Shown: positions 1 through 9,894, counted from the stretch's first letter. The stretch is 64,000 bases of DNA from an uncultured Candidatus Saccharibacteria bacterium (GCA_964399295.1 CAYNQD010000001.1:7013-71012); one strand, 5' to 3'. Numbers and translations are program-made. The notes: generated from the letters alone by a model not told the origin.

Positions 1-1
1 C

Positions 2-754
2 AATCGAATTTTTGAGTTGACGGTGGAAGACGTGAAAGGTTCAAATGACGCTTCCGGAGCAGTAGTGCTTCTTGGCAACGAGAGAGGGCCTTACACGGTA
101 AAAGATTATATATCATTTCCTGCTAACTCTTTTGCTTTAAAACTGGGTGAGCGGGCGCGAATACCGGTTACTATATCTATTCCGCCTGATGCTGAACCTG
201 GAGGATTTTACGGTAGTGTTTTGGTATCAACCGTAAAGAGTGAGGGTGATGCTACGGGAGACAACGCCACCAGATCACCAATCATTGCTCGAATCGGGAC
301 TTTGTTTTTTGTAACCGTACCTGGTGAGGTGATAAAAAGCGGTGAAACCAAAAATATTTCCCTGACGGATAAAAAATGGTGGTATGAAAAAGGGCCGATA
401 AAACTAAACATTCTTTATGAAAACACTGGCTCAATCCACCTCAATCCTTACGGTGAACTGAGAATAAAAAATCTTTTTAGTGAAGAAGTGGGGTTTGTGG
501 AATTGGAGCCGTGGTTTGCTTTGCCTGGGTCATTGCGTTCACGCAACATTACTTGGGATCGGGAATTATTATTTGGACGGTACACCGCTGTCGCTTTTGT
601 TAATCGCGGTTATGACAATATTATTGATGAAGTAACAGTCGCTTTTTGGGTTTTGCCTTGGAAAGTGGTGGGCGGTACATTTTTGGTTATATTTATTATT
701 ATTTTCAGTTTACGATCATTCTTCAGAAATTTCGAATTTAAACGTCGAAGTTAA
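2..754 (+). CDS. Cell-surface protein, C-terminal fragment (5' end outside window); beta-rich ectodomain, C-terminal TM helix plus basic tail
   Basis: The frame is open from the window edge and the called start at 17 is TTG. The C-terminus is hydrophobic (LVIFIIIFSL) followed by a basic tail (RNFEFKRRS), as in membrane-anchored surface proteins. It sits 3 nt from the next secreted-protein gene. Resemblance to DUF916/DUF3324 proteins of WxL-type loci is impressionistic. Confidence 0.45.
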   Translation, partial: NRIFELTVEDVKGSNDASGAVVLLGNERGPYTVKDYISFPANSFALKLGERARIPVTISIPPDAEPGGFYGSVLVSTVKSEGDATGDNATRSPIIARIGTLFFVTVPGEVIKSGETKNISLTDKKWWYEKGPIKLNILYENTGSIHLNPYGELRIKNLFSEEVGFVELEPWFALPGSLRSRNITWDRELLFGRYTAVAFVNRGYDNIIDEVTVAFWVLPWKVVGGTFLVIFIIIFSLRSFFRNFEFKRRS

Positions 755-757
755 GAT

Positions 758-1525
758 ATGATTAACCACAGTTTTTTTTACACAATTTTACAGACTTTTG
801 TTCTAACTGCTATTTTGCTTGTCTCTTTGTCTTTGTCAAACGCACAAGTGAGAAGTAGTAGCAATTATCAGTTGCAAAGCGACAGCATAAATTTTGGCGG
901 CGGGTTATCCACTTCCAGCAGCTACTCCCTAGAGAGTACGGCTGGTGAGCTGGCGACCGGAGTGGCGACCAGTTCTTATTATGGACTCAAGGCGGGATAT
1001 CAGCAGATGCAGGAGGTCTTTATTAGCATGACTGCGGTTGATGATGTTGTGATGGCACCCAGCCTGGGAGGAATTACTGGCGGTGTTTCCGATGGAGAAA
1101 CCAGTGTGTCTGTCATAACAGACAGTCCCAGTGGCTACCAATTAACCATCAAAGCGGAAAATGCCCCTGCCATGCAAAAGGGTACGGATACGATTGCTGA
1201 TTATATTCCTCTAGCTTTGCCTGATCCGGACATGTCTTTTTCCGTGCTGCTAAATGACGTACATTTAGGTTTTTCGCCGCAAGGTAGTGATGTTACGCTG
1301 CGGTGGCGAAATGATACTTTTGACTGCAACGCTGGCAGCAACAGTACTCCAGAAACTTGTTGGGATGGATTATCCTTGAGTAATAAGCTGATTGCTCAAG
1401 GGGCGGCCAATCATCCGACGGGAGCCACCACCACCCTTTATTTTAAAGTGGGAATTGGCGGCGGGGTAATAGTGCCAGCGGGGGAATATGTAGCCACCAC
1501 CACTCTAACCGCCCTACCCTTATGA
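758..1525 (+). CDS. Secreted protein with N-terminal signal peptide and Ser/Thr/Gly-rich region (possible WxL-like surface protein)
   Basis: N-terminal signal peptide MINHSFFYTILQTFVLTAILLVSLSLSNAQ. The low-complexity S/T-rich ectodomain ends in TTTLTALPL. The stop TGA overlaps the ATG of the next gene (ATGA at 1522-1525). Confidence 0.45.
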   Translation: MINHSFFYTILQTFVLTAILLVSLSLSNAQVRSSSNYQLQSDSINFGGGLSTSSSYSLESTAGELATGVATSSYYGLKAGYQQMQEVFISMTAVDDVVMAPSLGGITGGVSDGETSVSVITDSPSGYQLTIKAENAPAMQKGTDTIADYIPLALPDPDMSFSVLLNDVHLGFSPQGSDVTLRWRNDTFDCNAGSNSTPETCWDGLSLSNKLIAQGAANHPTGATTTLYFKVGIGGGVIVPAGEYVATTTLTALPL

Positions 1526-3111
1526 TTAAAAAAATTTTCTTAAATTGTTTTCTTCTTTTACTTTGGCCAGCATTTGGCTTGGCAGCGACTAGCGATTTTA
1601 CTGTCAGGACTATAGTCGGTCCTGACACTCAACCGCCAACTACTCCGACTTTATTATCGGCGGTGCCAGTGACGACTGCTCAGATTGACTTGGCCTGGAC
1701 TGCCTCCACGGATAATTTTTTGATGGGCGGGTATGTTGTTCTTAGAGACAGCGTGCCGATAGCAACAACAACCTTAACTAGCTTTAACGATACCGGCTTG
1801 GTTGATGACACTACGTATACTTACGAAGTTTACGCTTTCGACAGCTTTTTTAATCTGTCTTCAACCTCAAATTCGCTCTCAGCTACTACCTTAGCCTTCC
1901 CACTAATACCACCTACGCCAACATCAACGGCCGTTTCGTCCGGTCAAAAACCTTCTTCAAGACCGTTGGTGTTGCTAGATTTTTCCATTGTTACGACCAG
2001 TCAGGCGGCAGCTTTTAGCTGGCAAACTGATTTGCCTTCAAGTTATGTTTTGAGTTGGGGCAAGGCTGACGTTTATGACGGCTATGTGGCCAGTGATATT
2101 TATAGGCAAATCCAAAAAACCACAATTACTGATTTGGAACCGGCGACAACTTATTTTTATGAATTGGTGGCGAAGTCTCCGTCCGGAGTGACGATGACCT
2201 TGAGTCAGGGGCAATTCAAAACTGATGATCTAAAAGAAATTACTCCACCGGCTAATGTCTCCAGACTGCAGGCTGAGGTAAGCGGCGCGGATGTTTTTTT
2301 ATCTTGGCAATTGCCGCCGTCCGTAGACATCAGCGCGATCAGAGTGGTACGCAGCCATCTGGGTTTTCCTATCGACACCAATGACGGACTGATTGTTTAT
2401 GAAGGCTTGGGAATGAAAGTTGTTGATAGGGAGGCTTTGAAACATGATTCTCCCCAGTATTATACAGTCTTTGTAATTGGTAGTGATGGGCTGGTTTCTT
2501 CTGGAGCGGTGGTGAGTGTTAGCCGAGGAGCCATCGTTTTGCCGCCAGTTTTAACCCCCACTGCCACTACTACCGCGACCACTACCATACCGATTATGTC
2601 CACCACCACTGAAGATGTAATAATATTTGGTTTTGATAAAAACAACATAAATATTTCGCAGGACGGAAATAACTTTACGTTTTTAAATGATAAAATAATT
2701 TTGAATTATAAAGCTCCTTTTACAATCAAAATTCCACGTGACTCTTTACCAAGACATTTAAAAGCCATTGTCGTCACCTTGATTGATCCGACAGATCACC
2801 GTCGCAGCTACTCTTTTTTGTTGCGCTTAAACCAAGAAGAAACATATTATGAAGCAATCATCGCTCCGCTTAATATCTTGGGGGCCTCACGGTTGCAGGT
2901 AGAGATTTTTGATTTTGAAAGACAAATAATTGGTCTGTATCGAAAGCAGATTGATTTTGCGGCGACAATTACTGAGGAGCCGGAAGTTGTTTTCCCTGAT
3001 AAGATAGTTGCTTCCGCGGGTAAGACTATGCCTCTTCTTATTTTGGGAGTTTTGATTTTGTTTATAATGATATTCTTGTGGCGGAGAAGAAATCAGGCTG
3101 AGGATAATTAG
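1522..3111 (+). CDS. Surface protein with fibronectin-III-like repeats, Thr/Pro linkers and C-terminal TM anchor plus RRRN tail
   Basis: Signal peptide MIKKIFLNCFLLLLWPAFGLA. Repeated FN3-like segments (DLAWTAS...YTYEVYAFD; AFSWQTD...YFYELVA). TTTATTT linkers. C-terminal hydrophobic helix LLILGVLILFIMIFLW followed by RRRNQ. Translationally coupled to the upstream gene. Confidence 0.5.
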   Translation: MIKKIFLNCFLLLLWPAFGLAATSDFTVRTIVGPDTQPPTTPTLLSAVPVTTAQIDLAWTASTDNFLMGGYVVLRDSVPIATTTLTSFNDTGLVDDTTYTYEVYAFDSFFNLSSTSNSLSATTLAFPLIPPTPTSTAVSSGQKPSSRPLVLLDFSIVTTSQAAAFSWQTDLPSSYVLSWGKADVYDGYVASDIYRQIQKTTITDLEPATTYFYELVAKSPSGVTMTLSQGQFKTDDLKEITPPANVSRLQAEVSGADVFLSWQLPPSVDISAIRVVRSHLGFPIDTNDGLIVYEGLGMKVVDREALKHDSPQYYTVFVIGSDGLVSSGAVVSVSRGAIVLPPVLTPTATTTATTTIPIMSTTTEDVIIFGFDKNNINISQDGNNFTFLNDKIILNYKAPFTIKIPRDSLPRHLKAIVVTLIDPTDHRRSYSFLLRLNQEETYYEAIIAPLNILGASRLQVEIFDFERQIIGLYRKQIDFAATITEEPEVVFPDKIVASAGKTMPLLILGVLILFIMIFLWRRRNQAEDN

Positions 3112-3178
3112 TAGTGTCGATTTACGAATTTATCGTTATAGTATTAGTAATTAGTAATTTTTAGTTTTTTTAAATAGC

Positions 3179-4201
3179 ATGGTTCGTGTAGCAATAAATG
3201 GTTTTGGTCGGATTGGAAGAACTTTCTTTCGTTTGGCTTATGGCAATCCTGATTTTAAAGTGGTGGCGGTTAATGATTTGGGGGACTTAGAAAATTTGGC
3301 CTACCTGCTTGAATATGATTCTGTTTATGGACGCAGTCAATTTAGTGTCTCGCAAAAAGATGGTAAATTGCTAGTGCAAGACAAGGAAGTGGTTTTTGTG
3401 CAAGAAAAGGAACCAAACAAATTGCCCTGGAAAGATTTGAATATTGATATTGTAGTTGAGTCAACCGGCTTCTTCACTACTTATGAAGGTTCAAAATTGC
3501 ATCTTGATGCTGGTGCTAAAAGAGTAGTAGTTACCGCACCCATGAAGGGTGAGCCGATAGCTGGAATTAACGGAGCTACGGTATTGATGGGGGTCAATGA
3601 TGGTGCTTTGGCTACTAGCCAGATTTCATCCAATGCTTCCTGCACCACCAATGCCACCAGTCCGCTGATAGCAATTTTGAAAGAATCAATTGGTATTGAA
3701 AAAGCTGTCCTCAATACCGTCCATGCTTATACCGCGTCACAGACGCTTGTTGACGGCCCTAGTAAAAAAGATTTTCGGGCCGGTCGGGCGGCGGCTATGA
3801 ATATCGTCCCCAGCACCACCGGAGCCGCCATCGCCACTACTTTGGCACACACGGAATTAACAGACAAATTCGACGGTATAGCGATGAGGGTGCCGGTGCC
3901 AGTTGGTTCGATTGTGGACGTGACTTTCATTTCTTCGCGTGATACCTCTGTGGAAGAAGTAAATAAAATATTAGCTGATGCTGCTAAGGATTCTCGTTGG
4001 CAAAATTTATTTGCCGCTACCACCGAACAAATCGTTTCTACTGACATCATCGGCTCACGAGTAGGCTCGATTGCTGACTTGTCGTTTACCAAAGTGGTGG
4101 GTGGTAATCTGGTCAAGGTTTTGGCCTGGTATGATAATGAAACTAGCTACACTCAGACCTTGGTAGAACATGTTAAGGCCGCCGCCAAGCATATCGTTTA
4201 G
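3179..4201 (+). CDS. gap: Glyceraldehyde-3-phosphate dehydrogenase
   Basis: NAD-binding INGFGRIGR motif at the N-terminus. Catalytic ASCTTN motif. Length and order are typical of GAPDH. Confidence 0.93.
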   Translation: MVRVAINGFGRIGRTFFRLAYGNPDFKVVAVNDLGDLENLAYLLEYDSVYGRSQFSVSQKDGKLLVQDKEVVFVQEKEPNKLPWKDLNIDIVVESTGFFTTYEGSKLHLDAGAKRVVVTAPMKGEPIAGINGATVLMGVNDGALATSQISSNASCTTNATSPLIAILKESIGIEKAVLNTVHAYTASQTLVDGPSKKDFRAGRAAAMNIVPSTTGAAIATTLAHTELTDKFDGIAMRVPVPVGSIVDVTFISSRDTSVEEVNKILADAAKDSRWQNLFAATTEQIVSTDIIGSRVGSIADLSFTKVVGGNLVKVLAWYDNETSYTQTLVEHVKAAAKHIV

Positions 4202-4209
4202 AGAGACGT

Positions 4210-4692
4210 ATGGTGACTGATAACATAAAAACCATTCACCTCGCTTCCGATCATGCCGGATTTGCTCATAAGGAAGCGGTGCGAGAGTGGCTTTCTAATT
4301 CTGTTTATGAGGTTGTAGATCATGGGACAAAGGAAAATCATCCCCTGGATGATTTTCCTGATTTTATCAGTTTGGCTTGCAAAGAAGTTAGTAGCAACCC
4401 CGATACCGCTTGCGCTCTTATTTTTGGTGGTTCGGGCCAAGGGGAGGCAATGTTGGCCAATCGTTATCCTCAGGTAAGAGCAGTGGTGTATTATGGTGGA
4501 GTGCCAGAAATTATAAAACTATCCAGACAACACAATGACGCTAATGTTTTGTCTATTGGCGCCAGGTTTGTTTTGGTGGAAGAGGTTAAGGCGGGGGTTT
4601 TGTCTTGGTTGTCAACTTCACCTTTGGCGGATGAAAAATACCACCGTCGAAATCAAAAAATTGATACCGTAACGAAGTATCTATATAAATAA
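4210..4692 (+). CDS. rpiB: Ribose-5-phosphate isomerase B (RpiB/LacAB family)
   Basis: 160 aa. Motifs IHLASDHAGF and FGGSGQGEAMLANRYP. Sits in a pentose-phosphate operon with rpe and tkt. Confidence 0.82.
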   Translation: MVTDNIKTIHLASDHAGFAHKEAVREWLSNSVYEVVDHGTKENHPLDDFPDFISLACKEVSSNPDTACALIFGGSGQGEAMLANRYPQVRAVVYYGGVPEIIKLSRQHNDANVLSIGARFVLVEEVKAGVLSWLSTSPLADEKYHRRNQKIDTVTKYLYK

Positions 4693-4693
4693 T

Positions 4694-5338
4694 ATGTTGC
4701 CAATCGTTCCTGCTATCATCCCCAGATCATCGGAAGAGGTAAAGTCGCTTTTGTCGCGATTAGATTTTTCGCCTGAGATACATCTGGACGTGGTGGATGG
4801 AAAATTTGTACCTTTTACTTCTTGGCCGTATGAACCGATAGGATCACCTAGTGAGATTATGCCTGAGACTGACAAATTTACCCTGGAGGTTGATTTGATG
4901 GTAAATAATCCTATAGTGGCGGCTAAGGACTGGATGGCCGCCGGAGCTGACATGTTGGTCTTTCATGTTGAGAGCATTAATTTGGAGACTTTTAAACATT
5001 TTATCCAAGAAACTTCCATTTCGATTGGTGTTTCCGCCCTAAACGACACACCACTTGAAACTCTTTTACCTTATGTGGGATTAGCGGATTACGTGCAGTT
5101 GATGGGAATTGCAAAAATCGGCTCGCAAGGGCAGGACTTTGATAAAAGGGTGTTGGCCAGAATAGCCGCCATAAAGCAAAATTTCCCCAAACAAGCAATT
5201 ACTATTGACGGCAGCGTCAACAAAGATACGGCTGTTCTTCTCAAGGAAGCGGGGGCTGATCGATTGGTTGTTGGTTCGGCTATTATTTCCGCTACCAATC
5301 CGCTGGCGGCCTATCTTGAGTTGACGGCTCTAGTTTAA
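4694..5338 (+). CDS. rpe: Ribulose-phosphate 3-epimerase
   Basis: Motifs align with Rpe: HLDVVDGKFVP (cf. HFDVMDNHYVPN), VDLMV, AAGADMLVFHVE, TIDGSV, AGADRLVVGSAI. 2-nt gap to rpiB. Confidence 0.7.
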   Translation: MLPIVPAIIPRSSEEVKSLLSRLDFSPEIHLDVVDGKFVPFTSWPYEPIGSPSEIMPETDKFTLEVDLMVNNPIVAAKDWMAAGADMLVFHVESINLETFKHFIQETSISIGVSALNDTPLETLLPYVGLADYVQLMGIAKIGSQGQDFDKRVLARIAAIKQNFPKQAITIDGSVNKDTAVLLKEAGADRLVVGSAIISATNPLAAYLELTALV

Positions 5339-5391
5339 CCAACAGCTCCCACTATAAATTAGCCATTGATATTGGTATACTACGAAAGCAT

Positions 5392-6288
5392 ATGTATTAT
5401 TTAACTTCCAAGGAAGTAAAATCTCTAGAGTTAAAAGCTAATCAAATCAGGCAAAGCATTATTGAAATGCTGGTGGCCGCCGGCAGCGGGCACACCGCTG
5501 GTCCGCTGGGAATGGCGGATATCTTTACTTTACTTTACTTTAAAGTTTTGAGGCATGATCCTAAAAATCCTGATTGGGAAGAGCGTGATAGATTAGTTCT
5601 TTCCAATGGACATATCTGTCCGGTCTTGTATGCGACTTTAGCGCATGCTGGATATTTTGAAGTTGAAGAACTCACTACACTTAGAGCTTTTGGTTCTCGT
5701 TTGCAGGGGCATCCGCATCGAGCTGCCTTGCCAGGGCTTGAGACTAGTTCCGGGCCGCTTGGTTCTGGTTTGTCGCAGGCGGTTGGAATGGCTTTGGCGG
5801 AAAGGATTGATAATCCTTATTCATCAAAATTCATTTATTGCTTGGCCGGTGATGGGGAATTAAACGAAGGTCAAATTTGGGAAGCTATGCTTTTGGCCGG
5901 CAAAGAGAAATTGCACAATCTGATTATGATTATAGATCGCAATGGTATTCAGATTGATGGTTATACAAAAGACGTTATGCCTTTGGAGCCACTGGCCGAA
6001 AAATTCGAATCTTTTAATTTTGATGTGCAGGAAGTTGATGGACACAATATCAGATCAGTTAATGACGCAATTGGTAAAGCGCAAGCTGTGTACGGACAAC
6101 CGTCAGTAATCATTGCGCACACCATTGCATCTAAAGGGGTCGATGTTTTTGAAAGAGATTTTCGGTGGCATGGCAATCCGCCCGGAAAAGGCCCTGAGAA
6201 TAAGGTTCCCAAAAATAAGCAAGCGGAAGTAGCCTTACAAAAATTACGTTCATTGGCCGGGTTAATCAACATTGAGAAGTCTTCTTAG
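5392..6288 (+). CDS. tkt: Transketolase, N-terminal (TPP-binding) subunit of a split enzyme
   Basis: GHTAGPLGMADIF and GDGELNEGQIWEA TPP-binding signatures. 298 aa, the N-terminal third of a classical transketolase. Confidence 0.85.
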   Translation: MYYLTSKEVKSLELKANQIRQSIIEMLVAAGSGHTAGPLGMADIFTLLYFKVLRHDPKNPDWEERDRLVLSNGHICPVLYATLAHAGYFEVEELTTLRAFGSRLQGHPHRAALPGLETSSGPLGSGLSQAVGMALAERIDNPYSSKFIYCLAGDGELNEGQIWEAMLLAGKEKLHNLIMIIDRNGIQIDGYTKDVMPLEPLAEKFESFNFDVQEVDGHNIRSVNDAIGKAQAVYGQPSVIIAHTIASKGVDVFERDFRWHGNPPGKGPENKVPKNKQAEVALQKLRSLAGLINIEKSS

Positions 6289-6296
6289 AAAATATT

Positions 6297-7283
6297 ATGT
6301 TAGCGTCACATTTAGATAAAAATTTTGATACTCCAGAAATGGTTAGTTTGCCAAGCCGAAACGGATATGGAGAGGGATTACTAGAAGCCGGTAAGCGCGA
6401 TGAAAGAGTAGTGGCTTTGGCAGCTGATCTAACTGAGTCCACTCGTACTTTGCCGTTTGCGGAAGCTTTTCCCAACAGATTCATTCAAATGGGCATAACC
6501 GAACAAAATATGGCTTCGGTAGCTTCAGGTATGTCCGCTATGGGTAAAATACCTTTTATCGCTTCTTACGCCATGTTTTCTCCAGGTAGAAATTGGGAAC
6601 AAATCAGAACCACAATCGCTTACAATGACAGCAATGTAAAGATAATTGGTGCGCACGCGGGAGTGTCTGTTGGCCCGGATGGAGCCACTCATCAGGCGAT
6701 TGAGGATATTGCGCTAATGCGGGTGATTCCCAACATGATAGTAATCGCTCCGGCTGACGTGCATGAAGCTCGCAAGGCCACTTTGGCGGCCGCCAAGCAT
6801 GATGGGCCGGTATACATTAGGGTTGGTCGTAGCGATACGCCGGTAGTGACCACTCCTGAATCGCCGTTTGAAATTGGCAAAGCGGAAATTTTTTATCAGG
6901 GCAGGGCAGAGGCGGAAAATAAAATCGGTATTATCGTCACGGGGACGTTGTTGTTTAATGCGCTTAAGGCAGCTAAAGAATTAGAAAAAGAGGGTCAAAT
7001 GGGAGTGACTGTCTTGCACTTGCCCACGATTAAACCTTTTGATAAAGCCGCAGTCTTAAAGTTGGCCGAGAGCAGTCAAGCAATCATAACCGTAGAAGAG
7101 CATCAAAAATACGGCGGTTTGGGCGGAGCGATAGCGGAGTATTTGAGCGAGGTTTTACCAACCAAAATTATTAGGATTGGGGTGGACGATCAGTTTGGTC
7201 AATCTGGTGAACCTGATGAATTGATTGCTCATTATGGTATGGATGTTAGGGCTATTATTGAAGCGGGAAGAAAGGTTTTGTGA
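6297..7283 (+). CDS. tkt: Transketolase, C-terminal (pyrimidine-binding/C-terminal domain) subunit
   Basis: Transketolase Pyr-domain signature (FIQMGITEQNMASVASGMS; AHAGVSVGPDGATHQAIEDIALMR). Directly follows the N-terminal subunit. Confidence 0.85.
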   Translation: MLASHLDKNFDTPEMVSLPSRNGYGEGLLEAGKRDERVVALAADLTESTRTLPFAEAFPNRFIQMGITEQNMASVASGMSAMGKIPFIASYAMFSPGRNWEQIRTTIAYNDSNVKIIGAHAGVSVGPDGATHQAIEDIALMRVIPNMIVIAPADVHEARKATLAAAKHDGPVYIRVGRSDTPVVTTPESPFEIGKAEIFYQGRAEAENKIGIIVTGTLLFNALKAAKELEKEGQMGVTVLHLPTIKPFDKAAVLKLAESSQAIITVEEHQKYGGLGGAIAEYLSEVLPTKIIRIGVDDQFGQSGEPDELIAHYGMDVRAIIEAGRKVL

Positions 7284-7340
7284 TTGTAGGGCTTCTTTTC
7301 TGAACGTTTGCAATAGCGAATGGAAGCTTGCATTCACAAC

Positions 7341-7377
7341 AAAAGGCGCGGCACCGAAGGTGCCGCGCCTTTTGTTT
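7341..7377. terminator. Bidirectional Rho-independent terminator between convergent tkt and pfkB-family genes
   Basis: Perfect 11-bp GC-rich stem ggcgcggcacc / ggtgccgcgcc with a gaag loop, flanked by A-run on one side and T-run on the other. Confidence 0.7.
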
Positions 7378-7389
7378 GTGTAAGGAAGC

Positions 7390-8394
7390 CTAAACAACAA
7401 TACTAGCTTCGTATCCAGAAGGCTTATTTTTTAGTAAATCTTCAAGTTCATCTCGGGTTAGTAAACCTTTTTGAGCGCCAATTTGTTGCACTACGGACAT
7501 TGAATTGACAGGTCCCCAAGTCAGAGCTTCAGCTGGAGTTTTGCCAAGAGCAATAGCGGTAGTAAAAGTAGAAGCAAAAGAATCACCAGCTCCAGTGCGA
7601 TCAACCGGTGGCTTTGGGTCTGGATACATGGGCATATGCCAAGCTTGGTCATCTTCATCAACCACATAAGCCCCGTGCGGTCCATCAGTAATTACCGGCA
7701 AAACCAAGCCAAATTCTTTTAGCTTTCTGATTAGGGTAGGGACATGTTGTTCATCAGTTTTTAGTAATTCCTGAGCTTCTTCTTTGTTACAGAAGAAGAT
7801 ATCCGTTACTTCATAAAGGTCTTTTAAGGCATCAAAACCAAGCTTTAATTGGAAAGTTCCTGGTTGAAAGACAAGCTTAGTTTCATTATTTTTGATATAA
7901 GAAGCGATCTCGTGATGAAAGGGAATTCCGTCTTCGCCAATGGAAGAAAAGTATAGATACCGCGGCGGTACGGAAAAGTCTGGTAGGGAATAAGGAAAGA
8001 TTTCATGCTTGATTAAAATTGTTCTTTCCGGTCCATAACGCAAAACATAATGATAATTTGTTTTTTTGTTTTCATGCAATTTTACATAATCAGTGTGCAC
8101 ACCTTCGCTTCTCAAGGCTTCCAGACAATCCTTACCATTGCGGTCTTGTCCAAGATTGGCTACTAAAGCCGATTTTAGGCCAAGACGGTGTGCGGATACA
8201 GCCGCGTTGGGTGAATTCCCGACGGCGTTCACAACCTCCACGTCACTAAAAGGTAATTTGCTACCAAATGGCATGTGCAAGGTCATGCGACCAGTGTCCA
8301 TATCTTGGCTAACATCAGCTGCGTCTTTGTTTAACTCTATAAAAGCGTCGATGACAATGTCACCGACAGCTACGAAATCATATTGTTCTGACAT
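7390..8394 (-). CDS. PfkB-family carbohydrate/nucleoside kinase (ribokinase-like)
   Basis: C-terminal PfkB signature GAGDSFASTFTTAIALG. N-terminal GG-like motif AVGDIVID. 334 aa. Confidence 0.75.
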   Translation of the reverse strand: MSEQYDFVAVGDIVIDAFIELNKDAADVSQDMDTGRMTLHMPFGSKLPFSDVEVVNAVGNSPNAAVSAHRLGLKSALVANLGQDRNGKDCLEALRSEGVHTDYVKLHENKKTNYHYVLRYGPERTILIKHEIFPYSLPDFSVPPRYLYFSSIGEDGIPFHHEIASYIKNNETKLVFQPGTFQLKLGFDALKDLYEVTDIFFCNKEEAQELLKTDEQHVPTLIRKLKEFGLVLPVITDGPHGAYVVDEDDQAWHMPMYPDPKPPVDRTGAGDSFASTFTTAIALGKTPAEALTWGPVNSMSVVQQIGAQKGLLTRDELEDLLKNKPSGYEASIVV

Positions 8395-8529
8395 ATGAAA
8401 GTAATTGTAGCATTATTACTTTAAATAATTTAAAGCCTTAATGATCAAAGTGTTGGTATCATGCTGTTTGTTTATCAAACGGTGACGGGTGATTTAGTGC
8501 GTAAACTTTGTTATAATGTAGCAACAATT

Positions 8530-9894
8530 ATGAAAAGAGTACTAGTTAATATTTTTACGGCGATTTTTATATTTTCCGTAACGGTGCCGGTAATAAAAGC
8601 AGAGTCAGAAACCGAAAGAAGAGTTCGTCTGGAGACAGAGTTGCAAAATGTCGAGAGGCAAATCCTCACTCAGCAAAGACTGGTGGAAGACAAAAAAACC
8701 GAGCGTCAATCACTAGAGCGCGACATTGCCATCATTGATGGTCAAATCAAACAAGCTCAGCTTGGCATTCAAGCTCGTTCGGTATCTATTGTACAACTGT
8801 CTTTTCAGATAAATGAAAAAGCTGAGATGTTGTCTATTTTGGAAGACAAACAACGCAAGCAGCGTGAGTCTTTGGCCGACTTGATAAGAAAATCCTCGCA
8901 GATAGAAGATTTTACTTTAGTGGAAGTGATGTTAAGCAAACGCACTTTCTCGGATTTTTTTGCTGATGTCGCTACCTATCAATCTATAAAAGAATCCTTG
9001 AATGAATCCTTGTCAATTTTACAGAGCATCAAGGAAGACACTTTCTCACAAAAAAATCAGCTACTGTCAAAACAGGAAACCGAGGCTGAGATGAGAAGAA
9101 TTCAGGAATTAGAAAAGCAGGAGATTGAGAGACAGGAAAAAGAAAAAGCCAATATTTTGACTGTGACCAAAGGAGAAGAAAGAGCTTACCAGCAATTACT
9201 GGAATCCCAGCAAAGAACAGCCGCTGAGCTTCGCAATGCCTTGTTCCAACTTTTAGGTGGCGGCGGCGGTATTCCTTTCCCGCAAGCGGTAGAACTGGCA
9301 AAATACGCGGAGAAGCAAACCGGAGTCCATGCTTCGCTAGTTCTTGCTATCTTGGAACAAGAAACCAATCTCGGCTCGCATTTGGGCAGTTGTATTTATA
9401 ATGATTCCAGAGGCGGTCGGGAGGTGATGCATCCAGATCGCGATGCTCCTATTTTTGTGGCTATAGCTGGAATCTTAGGTTTTGATCCCGGAAGCAAGCA
9501 GGTATCTTGTCCGATAGTGAGTAATGGAGAACGTTACGGCTGGGGCGGTGCAATGGGACCATCGCAATTTATTCCCTCGACTTGGGCCACTTATGGCGGT
9601 ATTGTAAACAACGGCAGCGGCTGGGTTTACAGTGAATCATCAGACGCTATCAGAAGAATGAATGGCGGTACTGGTCCGGCCAATCCTTTCAATAATCGCG
9701 ATGCTTTCTTGGCCACCGCCTTGCTGCTTCGTGACAATGGAGCAAACGGCACCGTGGCTGGCGACCGCTTGGCGGCTTTGCGCTATTATGCCGGCTGGGG
9801 AGGAGCCAACAATCCGGCCAATTCTTTTTATGGCGATCAGGTAATGAACAGAAAAACTCGTTTGCAGGCGGATATCAATGTTCTGGGCGGGTAG
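8530..9894 (+). CDS. Secreted coiled-coil protein with C-terminal MltB-like (SLT_2) lytic transglycosylase domain
   Basis: I prefer the start at 8530 (MKRVLVNIF..., a signal peptide) over the ORF-track 8461. The long coiled-coil region is Q/E/R-rich. The C-terminus carries LAILEQETNLGS (catalytic Glu context) and GAMGPSQFIPSTW, matching the MltB-family signature. An extended -10 TGtTATAAT lies upstream. Confidence 0.55.
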   Translation: MKRVLVNIFTAIFIFSVTVPVIKAESETERRVRLETELQNVERQILTQQRLVEDKKTERQSLERDIAIIDGQIKQAQLGIQARSVSIVQLSFQINEKAEMLSILEDKQRKQRESLADLIRKSSQIEDFTLVEVMLSKRTFSDFFADVATYQSIKESLNESLSILQSIKEDTFSQKNQLLSKQETEAEMRRIQELEKQEIERQEKEKANILTVTKGEERAYQQLLESQQRTAAELRNALFQLLGGGGGIPFPQAVELAKYAEKQTGVHASLVLAILEQETNLGSHLGSCIYNDSRGGREVMHPDRDAPIFVAIAGILGFDPGSKQVSCPIVSNGERYGWGGAMGPSQFIPSTWATYGGIVNNGSGWVYSESSDAIRRMNGGTGPANPFNNRDAFLATALLLRDNGANGTVAGDRLAALRYYAGWGGANNPANSFYGDQVMNRKTRLQADINVLGG

